Assembly: GCA_048498555.1 (NCBI GenBank)
Contig: JBEHXT010000002.1
Coordinates: forward strand, 139,075 to 203,074
Origin: Bacteroidota bacterium
Lineage (GTDB): Bacteria; Bacteroidota; Bacteroidia; Chitinophagales; Chitinophagaceae
Direction: 5' to 3'
DNA: 64,000 nucleotides
A program made the translations under genes and the position numbers. The notes below the pieces were generated by a model that was not told where the DNA came from, made no database searches, and was given only the letters and a program-made list of their open reading frames with translations. Shown here piece after piece: positions 28,650 to 37,166 of this stretch (position 1 is the first letter of the stretch; each line of letters opens with the position of its first letter).

Positions 28650-29396
28650 TTATTTTTCTATGATTGCTATTTCCGGAGCCAATACCGCAATCCTTAATAT
28701 CTCTTTATCAATTACACTGTCCCTTAAGTCTTCGAGAAGTTGATTTGCTCCGGGGCTAAACAATTGAAGTGTGACTGTTCGTCCGTTTACCGAGGCGTAG
28801 AATTCGATCTCCAGATCGTCGGCCGGAACACCTTTAAATACTGGCAATTTCAGTTTGAAAGCACCAGGCAGTTTGCTTTGCACAACGCCGCTGTAGTTGT
28901 CTTTAAAGTCACCCGTTTCACTTTTCTGCTTTTCAATGCTTGAATTAACTGTCGCCTCGAAGTTTTTGAGCAGCGTAACCAGAGTCATGTTTTCAGATTT
29001 ATCCGGAAAAAAGGCGCGATTCATTTTAAAGAATTGCCCCAGTTCTACTGGATCCCAACTCTTTTTCGAGTTAATGCCAAACTCAATAAACTTAGGGTGC
29101 AGGTCGAGCGTTCCCTTGATCTCCCCACGGAGACGCTTATCATCTTCACTTACAACCAGAGTAATACTGATGTTACTTCTGTCAATGATGACGTGACATC
29201 TTTTTTGATTGATCTGATCCGGTTCAGATATGCGTTTTGCCAGATACTCCGCAGGCACTCCAATTACACCAGAGATACTCGGCGCGATTGGAGGCAAAGG
29301 GTCAAGAACCTTTGGCGCGTCGCCTTCCCGAATAACTATCTCAGCAACGTTTGAATTTTCGGGAACGTTGATGACGATTTTTTTGTCTTCTGTCAT
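28650..29396 (-). CDS. Conserved Bacteroidota phage protein (DUF2303-like)
   Basis: FFKMNRAFF and FKLKLPVFKG motifs. Confidence 0.5.
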   Translation of the reverse strand: MTEDKKIVINVPENSNVAEIVIREGDAPKVLDPLPPIAPSISGVIGVPAEYLAKRISEPDQINQKRCHVIIDRSNISITLVVSEDDKRLRGEIKGTLDLHPKFIEFGINSKKSWDPVELGQFFKMNRAFFPDKSENMTLVTLLKNFEATVNSSIEKQKSETGDFKDNYSGVVQSKLPGAFKLKLPVFKGVPADDLEIEFYASVNGRTVTLQLFSPGANQLLEDLRDSVIDKEILRIAVLAPEIAIIEK

Positions 29397-29420
29397 TGTA
29401 TTTATTTAAGGATGAAAAAA

Positions 29421-29840
29421 TTAGTTGGTAGCAGTCCTAAGGAATGGGATAGAGCGCTGCCTTTCTTCTGCCATCAACGGCCTGCTGCTTATCAATTCGC
29501 CAAGAGAGTTGTAGAAGCCGACCATGCCTTCTTTCTCATTTATGAACTTGAAGCATGGCTCTTTGACGAACTCGGTTTTGTTTTTCAGTTGACGCAGCAG
29601 ATTAACTTTTTCAGTTTCCAAAGGCTTCAACCGGCCCTTAAATTCATCCATCACCTCTTTCTTTTCCTGGTCGATATCATTTAGATCGATCGCGACAGAA
29701 GACAGACGTTCTTTCTTTTCTGAAAGTTCTTCGGGAGTGAACCTGCGCATGTATCCAATATCTTCAACTGCATCGCAGTTGTCTTTAAGGAAACTGACAC
29801 GCTGTTCCTCTGAATAATTCTGGAACAATTGTTTTTCCAT
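29421..29840 (-). CDS. Conserved hypothetical phage protein
   Basis: LKDNCDAVEDIGY.RRFT and VGFYNSLGELISSRP; coiled-coil middle. Confidence 0.6.
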   Translation of the reverse strand: MEKQLFQNYSEEQRVSFLKDNCDAVEDIGYMRRFTPEELSEKKERLSSVAIDLNDIDQEKKEVMDEFKGRLKPLETEKVNLLRQLKNKTEFVKEPCFKFINEKEGMVGFYNSLGELISSRPLMAEERQRSIPFLRTATN

Positions 29841-29847
29841 TTGAGTG

Positions 29848-30138
29848 TTATTTGTAATTTTTAAAAAGCGTGGTTTGCTGAGGGATCGGGGTTGATATTG
29901 GCTTCGATCTAACTGACTTAATTTGTCTTGCTGATTCTTGCACCTTTATTGGCTCTTCTTTACTTTCTTGGATTGTTGTTTCTTGCTTATCTAGAGCCAC
30001 TAAATCCCTCTTCACTGAAAACCTATTCCCATCCTGGGCCTCAATAATCAATACCTCACCGTGCTCTGCTATTAGTTTTACTTCTTGTCCTGCAGGAGCT
30101 GAGCCCCATGCCTTTACTATGGATTCTTTTAAGTACAC
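29848..30138 (-). CDS. Hypothetical phage protein (SH3-like N-terminus)
   Basis: ORF track; operon packing. Confidence 0.5.
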   Translation of the reverse strand: MYLKESIVKAWGSAPAGQEVKLIAEHGEVLIIEAQDGNRFSVKRDLVALDKQETTIQESKEEPIKVQESARQIKSVRSKPISTPIPQQTTLFKNYK

Positions 30139-30596
30139 TACTCGATTATTGTTGCGTTTACTTCGTTATCGTAGCTGGCTAAAACAACAGGATCCTTCAT
30201 TGGCGGCGGGATTACAACCCCTAAATACTCTGCGGCCCATTGAATGATCTCTTCGACATAGCCATTGAATTGAAGAGTGCTTAACGTGGTAGTGGTGAGC
30301 TTTTTCTCTTCCAGTTTTGCAAGCATGTCCAACGAGATGTCTTTTTCAGCCAGGAACATCGCCTTCATAAACTCGTGAGCTTGCTTATCATTCTTTATCT
30401 CACTATAACCAAGGTCCTTCAAAGCTGACCTTACGGCCGGCACCACAACGCCCCAGTAGTAATCATTTTGGTTTAAGCTGCGAACCCTGTAAGGTTCAAT
30501 GGTCATCTTCCAGTCTCCGTCTGCCAGTTTAAATGCCTGCTTTACATCCGACTTATTATAGATTTGTCCGTTCTTTATTATCACCATCAATTCCAT
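30138..30596 (-). CDS. NinB/YbcN-like recombination protein
   Basis: RSLNQNDYYW and TTTLST..F..YVEEI..WA motifs. Confidence 0.65.
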   Translation of the reverse strand: MELMVIIKNGQIYNKSDVKQAFKLADGDWKMTIEPYRVRSLNQNDYYWGVVVPAVRSALKDLGYSEIKNDKQAHEFMKAMFLAEKDISLDMLAKLEEKKLTTTTLSTLQFNGYVEEIIQWAAEYLGVVIPPPMKDPVVLASYDNEVNATIIE

Positions 30597-30597
30597 A

Positions 30598-31338
30598 TCA
30601 AAAAGGCGTTTTATTAAAGTTTTCGATTACGATACCTGCATCTGCGATATGAACCGTCTTACCAGTTGCGCGTGATATCTTTTGATGAAATTCCGTGGCG
30701 TTACTGTTGCTATCTGACAGGTGTATCAAAACAATGTTGTTTACTTTGCTCAGGTCGTTTGCAAGAAGTGTATTCCTACATGTGTCAATGCTCATGTGCG
30801 ACTGGATAACACGGTCCTTTAGAAAGTCTTTCAACCTACCCTCATCAACTTTCCTGCGGATGATATCCAGGCAATAGTTCGCCTCGATCAGGATGTTGTG
30901 AATGTTTTTGAACTTGTTACTTACATAGTATGTGTCCGTCAAAAACAACACATTTCCAGTTTCCTCATGGTTGATAATAAAACCGACTGGCTGCCTTACG
31001 TCGTGATTAACATCGAAGGCAATCACTTTGAAGCCACCCACAACGAACACCTGTCCGACACTGATCTTTTTAGCTCTATGGTTCTCTATTTTCAGCGCTT
31101 CAAACGTTCCTGGTGCGGAGTAAACATCTATCCCTGCAGCCATAACCTCGTTCACACCCTTTGCATGGTCTCCATGTTCGTGAGTAAGCAGACAGCCGGC
31201 GACTTTTGACAATTGGAAATTCAAAGCCTTTTTAATCTTTTCGAACCTTACACCTGCCTCAATGATCAAAGCCTCTTTGTCATTTTCCAGTATGTAACAG
31301 TTACCGGCTGAGCTGCTGCCTATGATTTTTAATTTCAT
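30598..31338 (-). CDS. Metallo-beta-lactamase-fold nuclease
   Basis: GSSSAGNCY, THEHGDH, HD, TDT, EANY, SHMS and IHLS motifs. Confidence 0.9.
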   Translation of the reverse strand: MKLKIIGSSSAGNCYILENDKEALIIEAGVRFEKIKKALNFQLSKVAGCLLTHEHGDHAKGVNEVMAAGIDVYSAPGTFEALKIENHRAKKISVGQVFVVGGFKVIAFDVNHDVRQPVGFIINHEETGNVLFLTDTYYVSNKFKNIHNILIEANYCLDIIRRKVDEGRLKDFLKDRVIQSHMSIDTCRNTLLANDLSKVNNIVLIHLSDSNSNATEFHQKISRATGKTVHIADAGIVIENFNKTPF

Positions 31339-31898
31339 TAGAAGTCTGGCGTTGCTTTAACAGTTGTTTTAACTACTTCTGCCGCGGGAGTTTCATCAAA
31401 GCCTATCTCGTCGCCAACGTTTGCCTTTGCGGTGATCTGATCAGCAACATGATTTTCTATCAATAGTCCTTTAGGGATGAGAGGCTTGATGCTCCAGGAA
31501 TCACTTTGGAATTGATTGGTGGCATTCTTACGTTTGCCCTTGTATGTAATGATCAGCGGAGTGCCACGTTTAACAAAGCTGCCTTCAATTGCCGCCACCA
31601 GCCTTTTGCTCGCATTGCAGATGGCCATCATTTCACCATCAACTTTTTCATAAAAATGAGCACAGGGTAAAATCTGTGGTTCCTCTCCCTCTTTAATCGC
31701 TGGCATTTCCCTGAACTTAATGCAGTCGAAATACACACGTTTTGTTTCATCGGCCTTCTCAGGCGTCCAATAGAAAGTTGTTAACTCCATTGGTAGTACA
31801 TCTGCATCAGAAAGATCCGGAAGGTCTACATCGTTCATATCTACAACCACCATTCTTGGTGCGGCGGCTTCATTTTGCTTTACTAATTCTGCGTTCAT
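31338..31898 (-). CDS. Conserved Bacteroidota phage protein, possible OB-fold ssDNA-binding/annealing factor
   Basis: YWTPE and GTPLIITYKGKRKN.TN.FQSD.WSIKPL; sits where RecT usually lies, between the ATPase and the MBL nuclease. Confidence 0.45.
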   Translation of the reverse strand: MNAELVKQNEAAAPRMVVVDMNDVDLPDLSDADVLPMELTTFYWTPEKADETKRVYFDCIKFREMPAIKEGEEPQILPCAHFYEKVDGEMMAICNASKRLVAAIEGSFVKRGTPLIITYKGKRKNATNQFQSDSWSIKPLIPKGLLIENHVADQITAKANVGDEIGFDETPAAEVVKTTVKATPDF

Positions 31899-31960
31899 GT
31901 TATCGTATTAAAAGAATGATTAAATCGTTTGATTAATTTGTTACACGTTAGAGGTTTCGA

Positions 31961-33976
31961 CTATGCTACTCTCAATTTTTTGTCCTGTGGTGAAACAAAT
32001 AGGTTAATGATTTGAGCTGTTGTTTCAGGAATTTGGCAAACGCTTTCCCTGTTGTCCAGGAAGACCGGTCCATCCGCATTGAAGTGCTCGCGCAAAGTGT
32101 TTATGATATCCAAACCAACCCATATTTGAGAGGCGGTGTTTAAATCAGAGAACGGAACACCGTTGTATGTAGTTTCGCAGCATTCAACCTCACCCCCATT
32201 TACCTGGCGTTCGAAGAGTTTGAACTTTGCATATTTGAATTTTCCGTTGATACGGCTTTCAACCATGTCAAGTTTGGCCCTGTTGAATTCGTCCAGAGTA
32301 AACTCGATATTTTCAAGGTCTGCAAGTTCCTGGGCCAGCGTCTTTTGTTGCTGCTCCAGCTCTGCTTGCCGGACGTTGGCATTTTCAATCAACTCTTCGT
32401 TCATTAAAGTCCTTTGCAATCCTTGTATTTCGCTTTGGATAGTTGCTTTTGCTTCCTGCAGCGATGACAGATCTACTTTTTCTTCTTTTACTGGATTAGC
32501 TTCTGCCAGCTCCAGATCGGTTTTAAGCTTTGTATATTCAGGATTGGCAAGCAAAGCATTGGCAATAACTTCCTCAATATTTATTACTGGTGCTGAATCG
32601 GACTCTAATGAAGGCAGCTTGCTTTCCAAGACCTTCAACTCATCTTCAAGGATTACCAAAGCAGCTTTAGCCTTTTCTACGCGCTCAGCCAGGATTTCGC
32701 CATTCTTCTTTTCGGCAACACCCTTAGCATTTAGTTCAGCCAGCTTCGTTGCTTTCCTATCATTGAATGATGTCTCATACTTGGACTGTGCCTCGTTATG
32801 ATTGGTAAGGAGCTGACCTTTTTTTGTAGCGATGTCGCCATCAGGCAAGTGCTGTTTACAAGTTGGGCAAAAGCATGATGATTCGTCAAAGATGAATGCG
32901 GGATAAGGATCCATTACCTTTTCATTTTCGTCCACCCATTCTTTCCGGATCATATCTCTTGCACTGTTCGAATTCAAAAGCTGCTGTTCAAGCGTGTTAA
33001 GCTCATGTGCCTTTGATTTGATGACACCTTTTTTGTCGGATATTTCCCTTGTAAGGTTATTTACCTGGGCAACTTTCTGCGATGTTGATGCTGTCGCTTT
33101 TTGCCTTTCCTCAAACTCAATATTGCGCATAGCATTTTTCAGAGAGTGGATGTTGTTTTGCCAAGCCACTACCCTATTGTGATACTCTGAATTTGCTTTC
33201 GAACGATCAAGCAAATAATTGTCTTGATTTTCGAGTTCGGTTTGTTTTCTCAGCAATTGAGTTCGGATAGCATTGAAGTCCAACATTTCAGGCCTGCTTC
33301 TAACAAGCTCATCAATGCGTGTTGGAATAGAATCGAGCTCAGTTTTGATTTTTGATTTTTTCGCTCCGATTTCACGCTTGTATTCAATGAGCGTCTTGTT
33401 AGACAGCGCATCCAAAACTGAACGGAATTTTTCATTGCTCGCGGCAATCTCTGAGTTGCTGATATTGCCGGCAAGTTCCATAAGTACATTGCGACGGTCC
33501 TGCCATTTGAGATTCCTGTTGAAGTACAGCGGGTTTGTGATAAGCTTAAACAAGCCTTCATCCAGAATGTCGGACACCTTCTTATCAAACTCTGCTTGCT
33601 TAACAGGCACATCGTTCCAAAAGTAGACGTTTTCGTTACCGGTGAACTCTGTTTTTGAGCTCCCTTTTTTCGTCGTCCATTTTTCACGCATTACCTTTTT
33701 AGGCGAAACGATTTTGCCATCAACCTCGAGCTCGGCAGAAACTTGAATCTCCGTTTGATCTGTTGTCTTACCATCTTTGTCAAGGTTCTTGATGCCGAAC
33801 TTCGTGTTGTTGTTACAGTCCTTGTCAAACAGTAACCAGGTAAAGCCATCGAATACAGTCGTCTTGCCAGTTCCATTGTCACCGAAAATGTCTGTGATGT
33901 GTTTGAAGTGAATGACGAGGTTCTTGATACCCTTAAAATTGATCAGGGTTAAACTTTTTAATTGTACTTTTGCCAT
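31961..33976 (-). CDS. SbcC/Rad50-like AAA ATPase
   Basis: NFKG, Walker A GDNGTGKTT, long coiled coil with a CPTC zinc hook, LNTA signature-like motif and Walker B FLDNRE. Confidence 0.88.
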   Translation of the reverse strand: MAKVQLKSLTLINFKGIKNLVIHFKHITDIFGDNGTGKTTVFDGFTWLLFDKDCNNNTKFGIKNLDKDGKTTDQTEIQVSAELEVDGKIVSPKKVMREKWTTKKGSSKTEFTGNENVYFWNDVPVKQAEFDKKVSDILDEGLFKLITNPLYFNRNLKWQDRRNVLMELAGNISNSEIAASNEKFRSVLDALSNKTLIEYKREIGAKKSKIKTELDSIPTRIDELVRSRPEMLDFNAIRTQLLRKQTELENQDNYLLDRSKANSEYHNRVVAWQNNIHSLKNAMRNIEFEERQKATASTSQKVAQVNNLTREISDKKGVIKSKAHELNTLEQQLLNSNSARDMIRKEWVDENEKVMDPYPAFIFDESSCFCPTCKQHLPDGDIATKKGQLLTNHNEAQSKYETSFNDRKATKLAELNAKGVAEKKNGEILAERVEKAKAALVILEDELKVLESKLPSLESDSAPVINIEEVIANALLANPEYTKLKTDLELAEANPVKEEKVDLSSLQEAKATIQSEIQGLQRTLMNEELIENANVRQAELEQQQKTLAQELADLENIEFTLDEFNRAKLDMVESRINGKFKYAKFKLFERQVNGGEVECCETTYNGVPFSDLNTASQIWVGLDIINTLREHFNADGPVFLDNRESVCQIPETTAQIINLFVSPQDKKLRVA

Positions 33977-34801
33977 GATTTGAATTCTAGTTTTCGTTTA
34001 AGAATGAGCCTTGTTAACAGCAAGGCTTTTTTATTTGTCTAAAATTTTGGTTTGAGGATTATAAGTATTTGCCTGCGCGAATACCCTTGTATGTAAAGCC
34101 TCATAGCTTCCAGTGCTCTATTACTTACCATTTGCTTTAATTGAATTTTTTCTAAAAGGTGCCGGCACTTACCCGACCGGCTTAGACCATGTGACCCACA
34201 TGGAGCGTACGATCCGAACGTGGGCGCCTTGTACAAGCTTCATCTTACGCCCTTGATTCATCGTTGACCATTTGTCCGTCTTGATGTTGCTCCAGGATAG
34301 TGATCACTCACACACCTGGAATACCATTGCCGTGGGCTTTCTGTTACTTTGCTTGAATTTGCTGCTTTCATCCTTCAAGCAATAATGTTTCTGGTGGCCT
34401 GTCTCCATCCTTTTTCTTGCGCCCTGCAGCGGACAGAATCATCTAAGGAAACTTAATTAACGGTTGGATTTTTAGCTCCCGGATAGCCGTCTCTTGCACA
34501 CCGGGAATTTTTTGTCTCATGATTTACTTCCTACAATCTGTTCTTTATACAACAGAAGGGAGACACATTGCATCGGCACCTCGTTAGCAGTTGCCCGCTA
34601 TGCGGTTGAGGTGTTGTTCCTGTTTCTAAGCCGGTTTCTTTTAATCCTACTTTCCCTGAAAGCACCGCCAACAAACCGGTTCGTTTTATTATTTGATTCA
34701 AAGAACTTCTTAACTAAAGCGCTTACCTGACATTTAACCACCTGTAACTTGTAAACAGCGGTTACTCGGTATTCAGAGCGGAATTGCTGCGCTTATTAAA
34801 A

Positions 34802-34823
34802 GCCCTGCCAAGACTAGCCGGGC
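34802..34823 (-). repeat. Conserved hairpin copy A (loop region TAGTCTTGGC), followed by TTTT
   Basis: Minus strand GCCCGGCTAGTCTTGGCAGGGC-TTTTAA. Confidence 0.6.
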
Positions 34824-34856
34824 CTAAACCCTTAAAACAACCAACATGTAAATACT

Positions 34857-34959
34857 GAACCGGAGACAGGATTTGAACCTGCATTCATTTCATAACTCTG
34901 ATTACGTGAACCATAAAGAACATTTGCTTTATGTGCGGTTACTATTTCGCCACTCCGGA
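34857..34959 (-). ncRNA. tRNA-like element 1 (no canonical anticodon loop, long variable arm)
   Basis: Acceptor CCGGAG/CTCCGG; D-stem GCG/CGC; 7-bp stem CATAAAG/CTTTATG with an 8-nt loop; 29-nt variable hairpin; T-arm GCAGG-TTCAAAT-CCTGT. Confidence 0.7.
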
Positions 34960-35024
34960 TACGCTGCGTTTTTCAGTTTTTGGCACCTTAGGTAGCAGCA
35001 ACCCACAGCCAAAAGATTTTAATT

Positions 35025-35046
35025 ACCCGGCCAAGACTAACCAGGT
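35025..35046 (-). repeat. Conserved hairpin copy B (loop region TAGTCTTGGC)
   Basis: Minus strand ACCTGGTTAGTCTTGGCCGGGT; all stem positions pair by WC or GU. Confidence 0.6.
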
Positions 35047-35071
35047 TTATTGCTTGCCATATGAAAAACTG

Positions 35072-35184
35072 TAGAGAGGACAGGGTTCGAACCTGCAAGT
35101 GCTTTTCTAAGATGTGCGCGTTGTCGCACATTCACTAAACTTACCGATATCTATAAGTGCGTCTACCTGTTCCGCCACCTCTCT
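35072..35184 (-). ncRNA. tRNA-like element 2 (Leu/Ser-type D arm, 8-nt non-canonical anticodon loop, ~43-nt variable arm)
   Basis: Perfect acceptor AGAGAGG/CCTCTCT; TGGCGGAACAGGTAGACGCA D-arm; CTTAT-AGATATCG-GTAAG; internal ATGTGCG/CGCACAT hairpin; T-arm GCAGG-TTCGAAC-CCTGT; no encoded CCA. Confidence 0.8.
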
Positions 35185-35313
35185 GTTTGCCCTGCTGCTC
35201 TAAAGCAGGGCTCCTATGACCTCGTTCAAGGAAGGTCAATTCCATTGAAAAGAACTGCACGGGCAATCAAGTGGCCGCATCCACTGTCTATCGAAGGAGT
35301 TTTCCTTCAAGAA

Positions 35314-35508
35314 CTATTTTGTTTCGTAGAATAAGTCTGCGTTGTCATTCAGCATGAACAACCTTTGGCTGCAGCTGCTCAGGTAGTGCTGATCTTCTTT
35401 CTCTTTTTCGGAAGGATCATACTTACTTGTAGCGAGTAAAATCATGTAGAATATTATTGCTACTATAACGAGTATGGCTATTGCGAATATGATAATTGGA
35501 GTTGTCAT
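35314..35508 (-). CDS. Small single-pass membrane protein
   Basis: N-terminal hydrophobic helix IIIFAIAILVIVAIIFYMILL. Confidence 0.6.
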   Translation of the reverse strand: MTTPIIIFAIAILVIVAIIFYMILLATSKYDPSEKEKEDQHYLSSCSQRLFMLNDNADLFYETK

Positions 35509-35540
35509 CTTTAAAAGTGTTTCAGGTTAATTGTGATTGT

Positions 35541-35801
35541 TTATGCGTAAGCTTGTTCAGCTAATTGTACTACATGCATCTCACCATTTGCATTTACCCG
35601 CACATCGGATACTGCTGCAGAAGCGTCTTCGATACCAAGTGCTTTATGAACAAATGGCTTTGCCATTGATGCCATCAAGTCTACATACCCTTTGATAAAT
35701 GTGTCCCGTTGATCAGGAGTATTCAAGTCTGAATCGATCAGTGTAAGAAAGGCCTGGGCTCTTTCGTGTTTCTTTTTAAGATCAGTTACTACTTGTGACA
35801 T
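35541..35801 (-). CDS. Hypothetical early protein
   Basis: ORF track; downstream of the cro-like gene. Confidence 0.6.
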   Translation of the reverse strand: MSQVVTDLKKKHERAQAFLTLIDSDLNTPDQRDTFIKGYVDLMASMAKPFVHKALGIEDASAAVSDVRVNANGEMHVVQLAEQAYA

Positions 35802-35813
35802 GGCGGTAAGTTT

Positions 35814-35924
35814 TTATTGATTGCTTGGTTGTGGTTTTGGATTCAATATTTCCTCCAGCATTCCTTCCAATAGGAAGAGGTGAAACGGCGTCAGTTCATC
35901 ATCATCTTCTATTTCCTCGTTCAT
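35814..35924 (-). CDS. Possible small acidic peptide (36 aa)
   Basis: Hand translation MNEEIEDDDELTPFHLFLLEGMLEEILNPKPQPSNQ; fills the gap between cro and the next gene. Confidence 0.35.
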   Translation of the reverse strand: MNEEIEDDDELTPFHLFLLEGMLEEILNPKPQPSNQ

Positions 35925-35961
35925 CTTTACTCAGTTAAGGGTGCTATCAAATATTTTAATG

Positions 35962-35992
35962 TTGCGGATTGAAAAATTGCATTATACATTTG
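35962..35992 (+). promoter_or_regulatory. Bacteroidota sigma-70 promoter pointing antisense through cro toward cI (P_RE-like)
   Basis: TTG at 35962, 20-nt spacer, TACATTTG at 35985-35992; matches the TTTG / TAnnTTTG consensus. Confidence 0.5.
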
Positions 35993-35999
35993 TAGTCGG

Positions 36000-36233
36000 T
36001 CAACCCACGAATTCTTTATCCTTAATGATCTGTACCAAGTCGTTTTCCTTTATCCGCAAGTGTCTAGCAATCGCCCGCAATGAAGCTTTTTGAGTAAGCT
36101 GAGGGTCGTTTCTGCGAAGAAGTGCAGGAAGAGTGTATATAGATTTTTTCAAAGCCTTACTCACTGCTGTAAATAAATCAGCATCATCTTTTATTTTATC
36201 CAGAATATCCTGTTTTAAAACAACTTGTTCCAT
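36000..36233 (-). CDS. Cro-like regulator
   Basis: 77-aa helical protein divergent from the repressor, at the head of the early operon. Confidence 0.6.
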   Translation of the reverse strand: MEQVVLKQDILDKIKDDADLFTAVSKALKKSIYTLPALLRRNDPQLTQKASLRAIARHLRIKENDLVQIIKDKEFVG

Positions 36234-36305
36234 TGCTGAATGTTTTTGTTATTTTGTTTGCGATTTTGCTTTGTGAAAGCGCTGTGTGATTCAGTGATGT
36301 AAAAT

Positions 36306-36353
36306 TGATAAACTTTTTAATCAAAAACAAATTTTTGATAAACTTTTTTATCA
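36306..36353. promoter_or_regulatory. Two 18-bp operator palindromes between cro and cI
   Basis: TGATAAA-CTTT-TTAATCA (36306-36323) and TGATAAA-CTTT-TTTATCA (36336-36353), 30 bp apart. Confidence 0.75.
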
Positions 36354-36368
36354 TTTACCTTATTATTA

Positions 36369-36962
36369 ATGAATATCAAAGAGTTACGTACTAAAATTAA
36401 TTTAAGCCAGCAGGATCTTTCTGACAAAACAGGAATTCCGAAAGGAAGAATAGCCCAGTGGGAGGTCGGCAAGGCCAAGCCCAAAGTAGAAGACCAGGAA
36501 ACTTTGATAAACTTCTTTATCGAGAACGGGGTTATGGAAAGGACCGGCACATTAAATGATGCTGAATTGTATCGAGCGACAATTCAAAATTTATCAGAAA
36601 GTAACAGGCTTGTAGCGGAAGCTATTAAGCTACAAAGTGAGGCCGTAAAAATACAGGCTGAGTCTAGTCGCTTATTGGCCATATCAAACAGTCAACTCCT
36701 GGAAAGTAACCGAGAGCTGACTGCTTTGTCAAAAATGACTACTGGGTCGAGTGGTCCAGAAATTCCTGCAGCCGTCGCCGCCAAGTTCGAGGATCTTCTG
36801 GCAGCAGTTGCAGAGATTGTTGGTGGTCAACATAATTACAAGTCCCGAAATGAGGCTTTCGCAGAAATACACAGACTTTTCTACGATACGGGAAAGGGTA
36901 CCCAACATGAGGGCACACGGGTCGGTGGGGGCACGAGGCGCATTGAGAAATCAAATTCATGA
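36369..36962 (+). CDS. CI-like XRE HTH repressor (no S24 peptidase domain seen)
   Basis: IKELRTKINLSQQDLSDKTGIPKGRIAQWEVGKAKP HTH; coiled-coil C-terminal half. Confidence 0.82.
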   Translation: MNIKELRTKINLSQQDLSDKTGIPKGRIAQWEVGKAKPKVEDQETLINFFIENGVMERTGTLNDAELYRATIQNLSESNRLVAEAIKLQSEAVKIQAESSRLLAISNSQLLESNRELTALSKMTTGSSGPEIPAAVAAKFEDLLAAVAEIVGGQHNYKSRNEAFAEIHRLFYDTGKGTQHEGTRVGGGTRRIEKSNS

Positions 36963-37104
36963 CGTCTTTATAGGTCCAGTTAAAAAATGGAGGCACGAAA
37001 ATACTAAAATCGTTAGTTAAACTTTTTTGCAGCAGTATTTTTCATAAACCCTTTACTGTCGCAATATATATGAAATCGCATAAACAACATAAATAATTTT
37101 TTTA

Positions 37105-37134
37105 TAATTACTTATTTAATTAAATAAGTAATTA
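37105..37134. repeat. Perfect 30-bp AT-rich palindrome upstream of the accessory genes
   Basis: TAATTACTTATTTAATTAAATAAGTAATTA equals its own reverse complement. Confidence 0.7.
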
Positions 37135-37166
37135 AGTAAACAATCAATTTTTAAACTCGAAAAACT

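Noticed and set aside
34240-34730. Short ORFs in the structured region (24-40 aa on the minus strand; 34494..34730 on the plus strand)
   Set aside because: No convincing leader, composition or motif. They cannot be fully excluded without ribosome profiling.
35078-35093. GGACAGGGTTCGAACC resembles the tmRNA T-arm and could be a second att site
   Set aside because: It is inverted relative to tmRNA, lies inside the prophage, and is explained by generic T-arm near-palindromy.
34857-35184. Calling the two cloverleafs ordinary tRNA genes (e.g. tRNA-Leu/Ser)
   Set aside because: Neither has a 7-nt anticodon loop with U33, so no anticodon can be assigned; reported as tRNA-like instead.
8216-35184. 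Direct functional link between the HEPN RNase and the tRNA-like RNAs (self-decoy)
   Set aside because: An attractive idea, but nothing in the sequence links them: they are ~25 kb apart in different transcription units. Kept only as a testable hypothesis.
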